Assembly (NCBI RefSeq): GCF_009914755.1
Contig: NC_060937.1
Reading direction: 5' to 3' (one strand)
DNA length: 64,000 nucleotides
DNA from: the human T2T-CHM13v2.0 reference genome, Homo sapiens
Every line of letters starts with the position of its first letter. The stretch's first letter is position 1. The notes beneath the pieces are model-generated. The model worked only from the letters and a program-made list of their open reading frames with translations. It was not told the origin of the DNA and ran no database searches. Shown piece after piece: positions 1 to 14,185 of this stretch. Made by a program: the position numbers and the translations under genes.

Positions 1-960
1 CATAGTACCCAATAGGTAGTTTTTCAACCCGCACCCTTCTCCCTCCATCCCCCTCTAGTAGTCCACAGTGTCTATTGTTCCCATCCGTATGTCCAAGGGT
101 ACCTGTTGTTTAGCTCTCATAAGTGAGAATATGTGGTATTTGGTTTTCTGTTCCTGCATTAATTTGCTTAGGATAATGGCCTCCAGCTCCATCTATGTTG
201 CTGCAAAAGACATGATTTCACTCATTTTTATGGCTGTGTAGAATTCCATCGTGTATATGTACCACATTTTCTCTATCCAATCCACCACTGATGGGCACCT
301 AGGTTGATTCCATATCTTTACTATTGTGAATAGCACAGCAATGAACATATCAGTGTGTGTGTCTTTTGGTAGAATGGTCTTTTTTCCATTGGGTATATAT
401 CCAATAATGGGGTTGCTGGGTCAAATGGTAGCTCGTTTTAAGTTCTTTGAGAAATCTCCAGACTGCTTTCCACAGTGGCTGAACTAATTTACACTCCCAC
501 CAACAATGTATAAACGTTCCCTTTTCTCTGCAGCCTTGCCAGCATCTGTTGTTTTTGAGTTTTTATTAATCTCCATTCTGACTAGTGTGAGAGGGTATCT
601 CACTGTGGTTTTGATTTGCACTTCTCTGACAATCCGTGACGTGAAACATTTTTTCAGATGCTCATTGGTCACTTGTATGTCTTCTTTTGAGAAGTATGTG
701 TCATGTTCTTTCCACATTTTTAATGTGGCTATTTGGTTTCTGTGTGTGGATTTGTGTAAGTTCCTTATAGATTCTGGATATTGGACCTTTGTTGGATGCA
801 TAGTTTGCAAATGTTTCCTCCTGTTCTGTGGGTTATCTGTTTGCTCTGTCGATCATTTCTCTTGCTGTGCCAAAGCGCTTTAGTTTTATTAGGTCTGACT
901 TGTCAATCTTTGTTGTTATTGCAATTGCTTTTGGGGACTTAGTTAAAAATTCTTTCCCAA

Positions 961-1274
<314 letters not shown>

Positions 1275-2703
1275 TCAAGAAGGGCATTTCTGAGGTTTTC
1301 TTCTAGGATTTTTATCACTTGAGGTCTTACATTTAAATTTTTAATCTATCTCCAGTTAATTTTTATATATGATGAAAGGTATGGGTCCAGTATCATTATT
1401 CTGCATATTGCTAGCCAGTTACCCCAACACCATTTATTGAATAGGGAGTCCTTCCCCTATTGCTTGTTTTTGTCAGCCTTGCAGTATCAGGTGGTTATAA
1501 GTGTAAGGCTTTATTCTGGGTTTTCTATTCTGTTCCATTGGTCTATATGTCTGCCTTTGTACCAGTACCATGCTGTTTTGGGTACTATAGCCTTATAGTT
1601 TGAAGCCTCTGGCTTTGCCCATTTGCTTAGATTTGCTTTGGCTATTGAGGCTTTTGGTTTCATATGAATTTTAGAATACTTTTTTTCTAATTCTGTGAAG
1701 AATGACATTGGTAGTTTGATAGAAATAGCACTGAACCTGTCAATTGCTTTGGGCAGTATGGTCATTTGAATGATACTGATTCTTCCAATCCATGAGCATG
1801 GAAAGTTTTTCCATTTAATTGTGTTATCTCCGATTTCTTTCCGCAGTGTTTTATAGTTCTTGTAGAGATCTTTCACATCCTTTGGTAGCTGTATTCCTAG
1901 GTATTTCATTTTCTTTGTGGCTACTGTAAATGGGATTCTGTTCTTGATTTAACTCTCAGCCTGGACATTATTGGTGTATAGAAATGATGTTGATTTTTAT
2001 ACAGTGATTTTTTTATCCTGAAACTTTGCTAAAGTTGTTTATCAGTTCTAGTAGCCTTTTGGCAGAGTCTTTGGTTTTCTGGGTATAGAATCATATCATC
2101 AGCAAAGAGAGATAGTTTGACTTCTTTTCCTTTTTGGATGCCTATTCTTTCTTTCTCCTGCCTGAGTTCTCTAGGTAGGACTTCCAGTGCTATGTTGAAT
2201 AGGAGTGGTGACACTGGGCATCATTGTCTTGTTCCTTTTCTCATGGGGATTGGTTCCAGCTTTTGCCCATTCAGTAGGTTGGTGGCTGTGAGTTTGTCAT
2301 AGATGGCTCTTATTATTTTGAGGTATGTTCCCTTGATGCCTAGTCTGTTGAGGTTTTTAATGTGAAGGGATGTTGGATTTTATCAAAAGCCGTTTCTGCA
2401 TCTATTGAGATGATGATATGGTTTTTGCTTTTAGTTCTGTTTATGTGGTGAATCACATTTATTGATTTGCATATGTTGAATCAGCCTTGCATCCCTGGAC
2501 TGAAGCCTTCTTGATTGTGGTGTATTAACTTACTGATGTGCTGCTGGATTCTGTTTCCTAGTATTTGGTTAAGAATTTTTGTGTCTATGTTGATCAGAGT
2601 AATTGGCCTGAAGTTTTCTTTTTGTGTGTTTCTCTGCCAGATTTTGGTATTAGGCTGATGCTGGCTTCATAGACTGAGTTAGGGAGGAGCCCCTCATCCT
2701 TAG

Positions 2704-3043
<340 letters not shown>

Positions 3044-4273
3044 TCAGTTCTTTGTACATCTGGTCGAATTCAGCTGTGGCTTCATCTGGTCCAGGGCTTT
3101 TCCTTGTTGGTAGATTTTTTATTGATGATTTGATTTCTGAACTTGATATTTGTCTATTTAAGGTTTCAGTCTCTTTCTAGTTCAATCTTGGGAGATTGTA
3201 TGTTTCCAGGAATTTATCCATTTCCTCTAGATTATCTAATTTGTGTGCATAGAGTTGTTTATAGTATTCTCTGAGGATCTTTTGTATTTCTGTGGGATTG
3301 GTTGTAATGTCATCTTTGTCATTTATGATTGTACTTATTTGGCCCTTCTCTTTTTTTCTTTGTTTAGCTATCACACTATCCATCTTGCATATTTTTTGAA
3401 AAACTAATTATTGGTTTCATTGATCTTTTGTGTGGATTTTTGCATCTAGTCTCAAAAAAAAACAGCACTTCAAAAAGCACTTCATTTAGTGCTTTTCTAA
3501 TTTTAGTTATTTCTCTTCTGCCAGCTTTGGGATCAGTTTATTCTTTTTTTCTAGTTCCCTTAAGTGCAAAGTAGGAATGTTAATTTGAGATATTTCTAAC
3601 TTCTTGATGAAGGCATTTAGTGCTATAAACTTTCCTCTTAACACTGCTTTAGCTGCATCCCAGAGATTCTGGTATGTTGTGTCCCTATTTTCATTAATTG
3701 CAAAGATTTTTTTAATTTCTGCCTTAATTAAGATTTTCACCCAGGAGTTATTCAGGAGCAAATTATGTAATTTCCATGTATTTATGTAGTTTTGAGAGAT
3801 CTTCTTGATACTGATTTCTATTTTTGTCTCACTGTGGTCAGAGTGTGTGCTTGGTATGATTTCAAACTTTTTGAATTTATTGAGGCTTGCTTTGTGGCCA
3901 AGCATGTGGCTGATCTTAGAATATGTTCTGTGTGCACATGAGAATGTATCTTCTGTGTTTGTTGGACAAAGTGTTCTGTAGATGTCTATCAGGTCCAATT
4001 GGTCAACTGTCAAGTGCAAGTACGGAGTTTGTTAGTTTTCTGCCTCAGTGATCTGTCTATTGCTGTCAGTGGGTTGTTGAAGTCTCCTGCTGTTATTGTG
4101 TGTCTAAATCTTTTTGTAGGCCAAGAAAAACTTGTTTTATGAATTTGGGTGCTCCAATGTTGGGTGTGTACATATTTAGGCTAAGTCTTCTGGTTGGATT
4201 GTGCCCTTTATCATTCTATAAGGAATGCCCTTCTTTGTCCTTAATTTTTATTGGTGAAAAATATGTTTTATTT

Positions 4274-4600
<327 letters not shown>

Positions 4601-7600
4601 GTTATGTTTTATTTAACATAAGAATAGCGACTCCTTGTCTTTTTTGTTCTCTATTTGCATGACAGATCTTTCTTTATCCCTTTACTTTCAGCCTGTGGAT
4701 GTCATTAGGAGTCAGATGGGTTTCTTGAAGACAGCAGATGGTTGAGTCTTGTCTTTTAATCCAGCCTGTCATTTTTTGCATTTTAAGTGGGGTGTTTAGC
4801 CCATTTACATTCAGGGTTAGTATTGATATGTGAGATTTTCATCCTGTCATCATGTTGTTAGCTGGTTGTTGTATAGACTTGTTTGTGTGGTTGCTCTGTT
4901 TTGCCTATGGGCTATGTGCTTAAATGTGTTTTTGTGGTAGCAGGTTCTTTCAATTCCATGTTTAACACTTTTTAAAGGATCTCTTACAAGGCTGGTCTAG
5001 TTGAAATGAATTCCCTCAGTGTTTGTTTCTCTGAGGATTTTATTTCTCCATCACTTATGAAGCTTTTTGGTGAGATATAAAATTCTTAATTGGAATTTAT
5101 TTTCTTTAAGGGCACTGAAAACAGATCCCCAATCTCTTCTGGCTTGTAAGGTTTCTGCTGAAAGTTCTGCTGCTAGCCTGATGGGCTTCCCCATGTGCAT
5201 AACCTGGCCCTTCTCTTCTTTTTCCTTCAAGATTTTTTCCTTTTGCATTGACCTTGGTGAATCTGCTGACTATGTGCCTTGAGGATGATCATCTTATATA
5301 GTATCTAGCCTGGGTTCTCTTTATTTCTTGGATTTGCATGTCAACCTTTCTAGCAAAATTAGGGAAAGTTACATGAATAGTATTTTCAAATATATTTTCC
5401 AAATTGTTTATTCTCTCTCTTTTTCTCTCAGGAATGCCAATGAGTCATAGCTTTGGTCTCTTTACATAATCCCATATTTCCATCAAGTTTTGCTCATTTT
5501 TAAAAATTCTTTATTTTTGTCTGAGTTGGTTAGAAAAGCTCTGAGATTCTTTCTTCAGCTTGGTCTGTTCTGTAGTTAATACTTTCAATTGTATTATATA
5601 ATTCTTATAGTGAATTTTTCAGCTATAGAAGTTCAGCTTGGTTCTTTCTTAAAATGGCTATTTCTTCTTTCCGCTCTTGGATCCCTTTATCTTTATCTAG
5701 GACCACTAATCTTTGGATTAGTTTTCAATTTTCTTCTGAATCTTGATGAGCTTCCTTGCCACCCAGATTCTGTATTCTACGTCTGTCATTTCAGTCATTT
5801 CCAACTGGTTAAGAACCATTGCTAGGGAGCTAGTGGACTCATTTGGAGGTAAGGGGACACTGGCTCTTTGAATTGCCAGAGTTATTGTGCCAATTCTTTC
5901 TCATCTGAGAGAGTTGGTATTCCTTTAACTGTGGCGTAAGTTGAGTATAGTCAGTTGGCTGCATTTTTCTGAGGGCCAAGGTTCTGTGCACGGTCTTTAT
6001 TTGTGGCTGAATTCTCACCTTGGTTTTATAGGAAGGTATATTAGCAAACTATTTTTGTAATTTAGGTTGACTTCCAGTAGATGGCACATAAGAGTAATGG
6101 TTGGTAGATAGAGCTTAGCCACATGGCTCCTTTGTATTTCCTGGTGTTTCCGGCTGTGCTCTGCAGTACAGTGGGAAGAGAGGTGACCACCTCGTCAGGT
6201 CCGCTCCTGGGCACTGGGGAAGCCCCTTCCAACCAATGGCACTGTGCCCATGTTTCTTTTGGCAGGTGCGCTCTCTCACACAGAGGCTGTGGTAGGGAGA
6301 TAGGCCACCCCTTTCCCAGTCAGCTGGCCCTGCAGAGGGAGACATGCCCACTGCTGTGGTAGCCCACAGGTTCATGTAACTCAGCCCTCTCAGTACGCTG
6401 AGAGTGTGGGCTCCTCTCCTGCTCTAATGTGTGCTACAGATCTCGCCTTGGCACTCCCAGGCTTCAACACTGCAGCCCCAGGGAAAGCTCAGGCTTTTTG
6501 TTCCCTCCTCAGCTTAGGGACAGCAGGGATAGGGACCCCGGCAGTGGTAATGACAGGGGGCCTATCAGTTGCCTCTGGGGACTCTATCCCAGACAAATGC
6601 AAAACCACAGCCAATTGGGGTGATCAGCCAGGGTTGGGGCAGCTGTGCTGCTGGGCCCAAGCTGGGGGCCCTGCCTGAAGAGCAGGAAGGTCAGGCAACC
6701 CAACCCTGAAGATAGCCTGGCCTCCTCTCTGTAGGATGCTGTGAGAAAGTAATCAGGCTCTTTGTTCCCTCCCTAGCCTGGGGGAAGCAAGGGCGGGTAC
6801 TGTGGTGGCAGCAATGGCAGAGGCCTGTCAGTTGTCTTTGGGAGCTCCATCCCAGAGAAACACAGAGCCATCACCAACTGAAGTGATCAGGCAGGAGTAG
6901 TGCTGGGGGCCCAAGCCAGGAGGCACCCTGCGCAGTGAGGAGCAGCAGGGCCAGGGACCCGTGTGGAAAACTGTCTGGCTGCCTTTCCATATGGCAGCTG
7001 TGGCATGCTGGAGGCCCATGACAGCTGTCGGGGCTTTTTACTCCCTCTCCAGCCTGAGGGCAGTAGGGGCACAGGCTGCAGCAGTGCAGAGGGCCTGTTG
7101 GTTACCTCTGGGAGCTCCATCCCAGAGCAATGAGGGCTGTGACCAGCCGGAGTGCTCAGGTCGGGGGTGGATGGCTGCGATGGAGGCCCAGGCCAGTGGG
7201 CCTTGCCTGGCAAGGTGCAGTGGAGGCAAGGCCTGCAGTCTGTCTGCTCCCCAGCATCATGGATATGGCCCCTATCCTAGGGGCACATGACAGAGCCTGG
7301 CCTACCTTGTTGGCCGGGCTGTGGCAGCTGGTGCTGGGGTGCTCAGAGATCCACATTGGCTTGAGCAGTGGCTCTGCCCAGACTCCAAGCAGCTCTTCAT
7401 GTCAGTCTAGAGCCCCAGGGTGTGTGTGTGGGGCGGGTGGAGTCATGGAGGGTCTCCTGCGCCTGGGAATTACAAACGTCCATGGCAGAAGTATGGGTCC
7501 CCAGGAGCTTTCACTCACTCATCCTTTCCCTGCTGTAGGGAGCTTCCCCTTGCTCTGCACCCAGGTGGGCAACTGTCCTGCCTTACTCCCCTCTGCTCTC

Positions 7601-7915
7601 AGTTAGTCACCACTGCTTCCTTGATGAATCCCAACACAGCCTGCTGGACGATCAACCTGAAGAGCTCATGTTCACTCACCACTCTCATCTCCTCTTGTGA
7701 GAGCTGCACACACTAGCTGCTTCTAGTCAGCCATCTTGGCGCTTCAGATACTAGTTTTCTTAAGTAGAATTTACTAACTTGGAATAGAATCATCCAAAAC
7801 TTAAGAGCAGAGAGTTTAACTATTTTTAAAAACAGAAGGATAGAAAGAGATGGAGGGAGAAAGTAATTCTAGTGGGCCGAGTTCCATAACTGCAGTGCAT
7901 AGAAATGTTTTTGTC

Positions 7916-8220
7916 ACCAGGCGCGGTGGCTCACACCTGTGATCACAGCACTTTGGGAGGCTGAGGTGGGCAGATCATGAGGTCAGGAGATCGAGACCAT
8001 CCAGGCCAACACGGTGAAACCCTGTCTGTACTAAAAATGCAAAAAAAATAGCCGGGCGTGGTGGCAGGCACTTGTAGTCCCAGCTACTTGGGAGGCTGAG
8101 GCAGGAGAATGGCATGAGTGAACCCAGGAGGTGGAGCTTGCAGTGAGCCGAGATCGTGCCACTGCACTCCAGCCTGGGTGACAAAGCGAGACACCATCTC
8201 AAAAAATAAAAATAAAAAAA
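7916..8220 (+). mobile_element. Alu
   Basis: Full dimer; TSD GAAAT(G/A)TTTTTGTC. Confidence 0.96.
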
Positions 8221-8409
8221 GAAATATTTTTGTCACCTTACCTACAGTGAGATTATTATACATCACGTGTCTTGCTGATGGAAAACAATGCTTGTTGCAA
8301 TAAAACCACTGCCTTGAAACACTACTATACATAACTCTTTAACATTTCTGACAGTTGCTTCCCAGCATGGATGTAAAGAACTTCAACAAAATTCATCAGA
8401 CTCAAATAT

Positions 8410-8514
8410 TACCATGTTAGTCAGGCTGGTATCAAACTCCCGACCTCAAATGATCCGCCTGCCTTGGCCTCCCAAAGTGCTGGGATTACCGGTGTGAACG
8501 CACCATGGCTGGCC
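8410..8514 (-). mobile_element. Truncated Alu (part of left monomer)
   Basis: Antisense left-monomer sequence beginning abruptly at about 8410. Confidence 0.9.
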
Positions 8515-8648
8515 AGTGGTTGAATTTTTTAAAAAGTATTAATGGGGTGCTTGAAAACTAGAATATCCATCTAGATTTGTAAGACAGTATACCTGCATAC
8601 TGGTGTGGCTTCCACACTTGAGTAAAAGCTTCAGAGTAGGCCTCCTAG

Positions 8649-8981
<333 letters not shown>

Positions 8982-9220
8982 GATGCCCTACTCTTAAAAT
9001 AGTGCCATTCATTTTCTAGGTAGGATCATATTCCACACTGACTATATTGCTAGGGGTGGCCTAGAGGGTCAGGCCTTTGGGAAATGGCACGGCCTTTACC
9101 AGCTTCCCTTCTCTCCCAAAGAACTTCCCCTCTTGGACTTTAGATTGAGGAATGGGGCAGAGTAGTAGGCGGTGCCGCTGTGCTTTGATAAAGGCCCCTG
9201 TGGCTGGCAACAGCTCTTAC

Positions 9221-10050
9221 CTTTTGTCTCTGGGTCCTGGCGTGGGTGGAATTCCTGGGCGTTCTGTTGGCTCATCTGGGGCCATCAGTCCACTTTGAAC
9301 TACTCACTGTCTCCTCTGCCTCCACCAATTAGAAACCCTTCCAAGGGACAGTGAGAGCCAAAGCCAAGAAAAGCCTTGTTCCCTATTTGGTGATTGAGTG
9401 ACAGTGGGTGAAATCCTTTCTCAGAAAGAACTAGAAAGAACTCAGTGCTTGTACTCACAGTGAGTAATGTCAGGGCTGACCCATCCTGACACCAATCTTG
9501 CCATGCTTTTACTGTGTTGGAGGCTTCTACATTTGGTACTGGCAGTCAGTAAGTCTTAATGGAACATAATTGTACTTAACTATGCCATATGTACGTATTC
9601 ACCGATCAAAACTTCACTGACTAACCAACCAAACCCCACACTTCATCCGATCCCCCATAGACTTGGGGATGGGCAGGTATTCTTTGGCCATATGGTATAA
9701 GAGGGTCATTCTTGTCACTACTAAAGTTAGCCTCATCATTTTGTGCTGCCCCAAGACCAACAGGGCCTCTCCTGTAAACTGAGTGCAAGCAGGCTGACAA
9801 TTTTAATAATAGTCCATACCATGTATGTGCTTCTGTCAGCAGAATGTATATGTTATGCAAAACCTCCAGGCTCCTTAAGCTTTTTGCTGTCCATGAATCC
9901 TCTGTGGCAACTGTAGTCACAGAGCCAGAAGCCAGAGGGTCAGGGATATGAGAGGCTGACAAATAGCTGGGGACATCTGGGGAGGAGATCCCTGTCATGT
10001 CTCTTGTGCCACAGAGCTATTATGGCTGGTCTTCCATTTGCTATTTCTTT
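9221..10050 (-). pseudogene. Candidate unprocessed pseudogene fragment: four small exons 10050-9864, 9771-9626, 9538-9459, 9337-9221; parent unidentified
   Basis: Successive AG/GT pairs with 87-121 nt introns. Donors are GTTTTG (weak), GTTAGT, GTGAGT, GTAAGA, plus an upstream GTAAGT at 10490. The two middle exons are open in a phase-concordant frame; the flanking exons carry stops. Confidence 0.5.
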
Positions 10051-10926
10051 CTTTAAGAGAAAATCATTTTTCTACTTCGCTTTTCTCTCCATACTTAAAT
10101 GGTCAGTAGCTACTGAGTGGTGCTTTATCTGAACAGGCCTGGGTTGAAGCAAAATAGAAATGGGACTGGCTTTCCACAGGAAGTAAACTGCTCCAGAGCC
10201 CACAGTCCCCTGCTCAGTGCCCGGAAACTAGTCAGTCATCCCTGTTGGCAGTAAGTGTTCCCATAGCCGTTCCATTAGAGGTTTAACTAGATATCTTCAA
10301 TAGAAGTCTGAGACAAGTGGGAGTGAGAAATGGAGGACTAGATTGGGAGAATTTTTTTTTTCATTCTGTTTGCTTAATTCATGGTACAGTTTGTGCTATT
10401 TCATATTTGTACTCCAGGAAAAAATATAACTTAAAAATACCGTGTCTAAAGAAATTTCAGTGCTCTATCATCATTAAATTATTTACTTACATGCTTATAT
10501 GACAGTCATGCTCAGATGTCACTGTCGTTGGTTTCTTGGGTGTATTTTCAATGTGTCTGCTGCTGACTCTCACATCACTGGGTTTCCTTGCAGGTTTTGT
10601 ATTTCAGCTCTGAGCTTGGCTTCAGTGGGATTGTTCTCTGTGCAGACCTCCCTGTCTTGCCACGGTGTTTGTCTCTACTCACACTCCGTGGGGTTGGCTG
10701 TCCCCATAGCACAGTCCTGTTTGTAGGTCCTGGCCTCCCGTGATGTACTGCCAAGTGCTACCAGTTCCTCACACTGATACTGTTCCAACCACAGCCTTGA
10801 GAAAGAAGCCTACTCAGCTACAGAGCCATGTCCACAGGCTGGATGGAGGCTTTTCATCCGAGTTCAGAGAGGCAGCCACTTCCTGGGTCTGGGTTTTTCT
10901 CAGGCAGCCTGAGTTCAGTTCCCCCA

Positions 10927-10932
10927 TATAAA
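10927..10932 (+). promoter_or_regulatory. Candidate TATA box
   Basis: TATAAA starts 77 nt upstream of ATG 11004, followed by a consensus donor CAG|GTGAGT at 11054/11055. Confidence 0.25.
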
Positions 10933-11003
10933 GGTTGCTCATGGCCTCAACACCTGTCCAGGGTGGGAATTCACAACTCAGCCTCTGAGGGAGGAAGACC
11001 GAC

Positions 11004-11054
11004 ATGCCTTCACCTCCTCCTCCACCCGGCTCATCTCTTCAGCTGTGGCATCAG
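11004..11054 (+). CDS. Candidate first coding exon (MPSPPPPPGSSLQLWHQ) of an unidentified gene or pseudogene
   Basis: gacATG (purine at -3), 17 open codons, consensus CAG|GTGAGT donor in phase 0 matching the next exon. Confidence 0.25.
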
Positions 11055-11409
11055 GTGAGTTCTCCTTCAAACATGGCTGTGTGTTTGTATTTTTGTTTTC
11101 TCTGCCATTTCATATTTGGAGCAAGAAGTGGGCTTTTCATGGCGGCTGACCTCACTGTGCAATCATTAGCTTATGGGAGGCTCCACAGATAGCCAAAAGT
11201 TAACATATTCAAAAGAAAAGCCATCAGCACCCACGGTCCTTCTTTCTGTTTCACAAACCCTGGCACACACCTTCTTCCATCTTCACAGTCACTTGTTATA
11301 AGACAGCTGCTTGAAAGGCAGGAAGGTAAACTGGGAACTTAATCAGGTTCCCTTTTTAAAGAGGTTTTCCAGAATTCACCTCCTCAACAATATTCTTTTA
11401 TGTCTGATC

Positions 11410-11985
11410 TACCTTTCTTGACAGACTGTAAACTCCATGGAAGTTGGAGTCTCAGAAATGATCACTGGCTTGACACCTGCTGGGTGCCTAATAAGTCTTT
11501 CTTTAATTATGGATGGATGGGTGAAGAGATGGGTGGACAGTTGGGTATATGGATGGATGGATGGACAGGTGAATGAATGGATGGATAGACAGATAGATGA
11601 ATGAACGTTCCCTATGCTCTCATATCTCTGTTTTCCCACAGGATGTTCCCTTTGCCTGGAACATGCTTCTTCCATTCACCACTCAGCTGACTCCTGGGCA
11701 TCCTTCAAGATTCAGCTGAGATGTGCCCTCTTCCAGAAAGCTCTCCCTGATGACTGTATGTGGGCAAGGTGTCCTAGGTGTCCTGCTGTTTGCTGATGTT
11801 GCGCCACGTGTCTCTCTCCACAATAAGTTTTCCTGTTTTCCTGTGCGGGACTGTCTGGCTCAATTTGCCTGCAGGCTCTGAGGCCCCTGAGAGCAGCCCC
11901 CAGCTTTGACTCTGTGTATCTAGCACTGGCCCCACTGCCTGTCATGGAGTGGGAGCACAAGAAATGTTTCATGAAATTTGAATAA
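11410..11985 (+). mobile_element. Two L2 3'-end fragments with a (TGGA)n-like tail at about 11510-11605
   Basis: L2 motifs GACTGTAAACTCCATG, GTGCCTAATAA, TTTGCCTGGAACATGCTTCTTCC. Confidence 0.7.
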
Positions 11986-12024
11986 AAGTAAAATTAATGA
12001 AGACCATCTGTGCCTCATTTACAG

Positions 12025-12159
12025 AGAATGACATGGCAGATAGAAGACACTGTGGATGAACTGAGTGAGGAGTTCTCATCGACTGCTCAGGCCCTGGAGC
12101 TCCAGAAAGAGAAAGACAAGACAGACCCACAGGCCCCTGATGAAGGCTGCACATTTGCT
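12025..12159 (+). CDS. Candidate internal exon (RMTWQIEDTVDELSEEFSSTAQALELQKEKDKTDPQAPDEGCTFA), acidic and helical-looking; gene unidentified
   Basis: Acceptor cctcatttacag, donor GCT|GTAAGC, 135 nt symmetric phase 0, open frame, purine-rich coding-like composition. Confidence 0.5.
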
Positions 12160-13460
12160 GTAAGCCCAGCAAATGTGCTTAGGTCTCAGCTCCTAAGGTG
12201 TTCACAGAGGTGGGGCCCACAGGGTCACAGCCCCTTCCACAGCGAGGGGGTTGGGATCAGAACAGCCAGCTCAGAACAGACTATCCACCCAAGTCAGGTT
12301 CTGCACGTTTGGTTTGGCAAGTGGAAGACTACACCAGGAAGCCTTAGACCTGGGGCTGGACACAGGGAAGCCCACATCATCAGCTTGGGGCTGCAGCTCT
12401 CTAAGTAAATCCACAGCCTGGAAAGATTGAGGAAGGGCATGGAAAGGGAATAATGAAAATAGCTGTTAGTGATGTAGCTTGATGGACAGGGCATGCCTCT
12501 GGAAGCAGGAGCTTTTCATGAGCTGCATCTCCAGCCCACTGCCCTCCATCCTAGCTCCAGTCCCCAGCTGTGCAGATACAGAGGAGGCTGGAAGGGAGAA
12601 AGACAAGAGATAGAGGTGATCACACAGCTGTGTCTCCACTGAGCTCAAGACACCTTTATTTACTAAAGCTTGCAGCTGGCCTGTGGGCCTTAGGTTGCCA
12701 GTGTGATTAACATGGCATAAAATACAATTTGTCTTGACTTGAAGTTCCCCTCACATCACGTTTTCTCCAGAGTGTCTGGTTTCCACTTTGGTCATCGTGT
12801 CATGTTTAACCTTCCCTTCTAGTCTGTAAGCCCCCCCGGACTTTTGCACGCAAGTCCAGGGCCTCCCTCGCCCCATCCTAGTCCCTGAGTTGCTAAAAAT
12901 GGGTGACACCCTGGGTGGTGGAAGGGTGTGGGTCAACACTAGCCTTCTCAGAGTAGGTATCTGGACTGGGATACCCTGAGACGCCATGGAATCCTTTGTG
13001 TCCAGCTCGAGCAGACCCCCTGCCACAATGACCAAAAGAGCGGGCCAAGGAGGGGCAACAGGGTGTGTCCTTCTCATTGTACACACATCAGGGAGAGCCA
13101 GGATATGCCCTGAATATGAAGGATTCCATGAGAACATCGCATTGGCTTGGGCCTTGATGTCGGGAGGTCTGGAATATCAAGTTTTCTTCATCAGACTGGA
13201 CTCTCTTTTGAGACAAAAGTGACAAGAAAGGGCACTGTGGTCTCAAACAGCTAAGGGAAAACATAGCCTCTGAGCCGGCAAGGCAGTGTGGGACCCCAGT
13301 AATGCCCATAAAATGCACAGATGCCTTCCCAGCAGGGATGCCAGAAGCACACATTCCATGGCCCTACAGAGGCCCCCAGAGGTGGACTCTCCAAAGGCAG
13401 ATGCCAGCCTCCCGCCATGTTCTCAACACACTCATCATTCTCACCCTGAGCTTTGTACAG

Positions 13461-13547
13461 ACTCCTTCCAAAGAGTTCGTGCTCAGCTATGGGGCCAGTT
13501 CCTCTCTTATCCCTGGTACTAAGGAAGGAAGGAAAAAACAAGACGAG
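13461..13547 (+). CDS. Candidate 87-nt exon
   Basis: Acceptor ctttgtacag, donor GAG|GTGAAG (weak); open in phases 0 and 2. Confidence 0.25.
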
Positions 13548-13864
13548 GTGAAGGGCTGTAACATGTGGTGAAGTTTAATTATTCAATAATGGTTCCAATT
13601 ATTAAACATGACTATTGCATAATGACATAATTGGCTGTGGATGTGCTTTTGTGTGGCCACATAAACTCCAGGAAACTTTGTCTTCATTAGTTTCATTAGT
13701 CTTCATGAGGTCAGGCCTGGGGGCAGCTCGTTTGACTCTTCCCAAGTGTGGGGTAGGTGTTGATGCCTTGAGAGTGCCAGAGTGACACAGGTCATGACCC
13801 ACGCCAGGGTGAAGTGAGAACTCTCAGGGGTCACCTCTCCTTGTTCCACATCTGTCTTTTCCAG

Positions 13865-14185
13865 GTGGCTCCCAGTGTCTTCCCTTGTGAGTAGCAGGAA
13901 GACAGACCTAACCCACGGGAGGCAGGCGACCCAGCCAGAGAGAAACGGGAACCTGGGTCCTGAAGAGACCCCACGCACTGGAGCTGGTGGTGACGAGAGT
14001 CCACCGGCCCAGAGGATCGAGGACCTGGAGTGGGAGCTGTCCCTGGCTGAAGGCAGCTCGAGTGTGGGAGGGAGCAGGCCCAGCAGACATGCCAGCTCAG
14101 GGGCCACTGAGTCACACCGGATGCTGCTGTGGTGGCCACCTGCTGGAGGTGCCTTCTCCACGAAGAACATGGCCAGGTTCCCCTG
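13865..14185 (+). CDS. Candidate 321-nt exon containing AQRIEDLEWELSL (coiled-coil-like)
   Basis: Strong acceptor ttccacatctgtcttttccag; donor CTG|GTAGGA; fully open in the 13875 frame. A further acceptor at 14250 leaves only a 65-nt intron. Confidence 0.4.

Noticed and set aside
9452-9466. Palindrome TACTCAC-A-GTGAGTA giving GTGAGT donors on both strands
   Set aside because: Too short to be significant; only the minus-strand donor fits an exon chain
10814-11005. Minus ORF (EAMSNLYMGEL...LRKTQTQE...LWTWL) faintly like a SCAN domain
   Set aside because: Core SCAN residues (LEQFL, WLRP) are absent and the similarity is within chance; no gene family assigned
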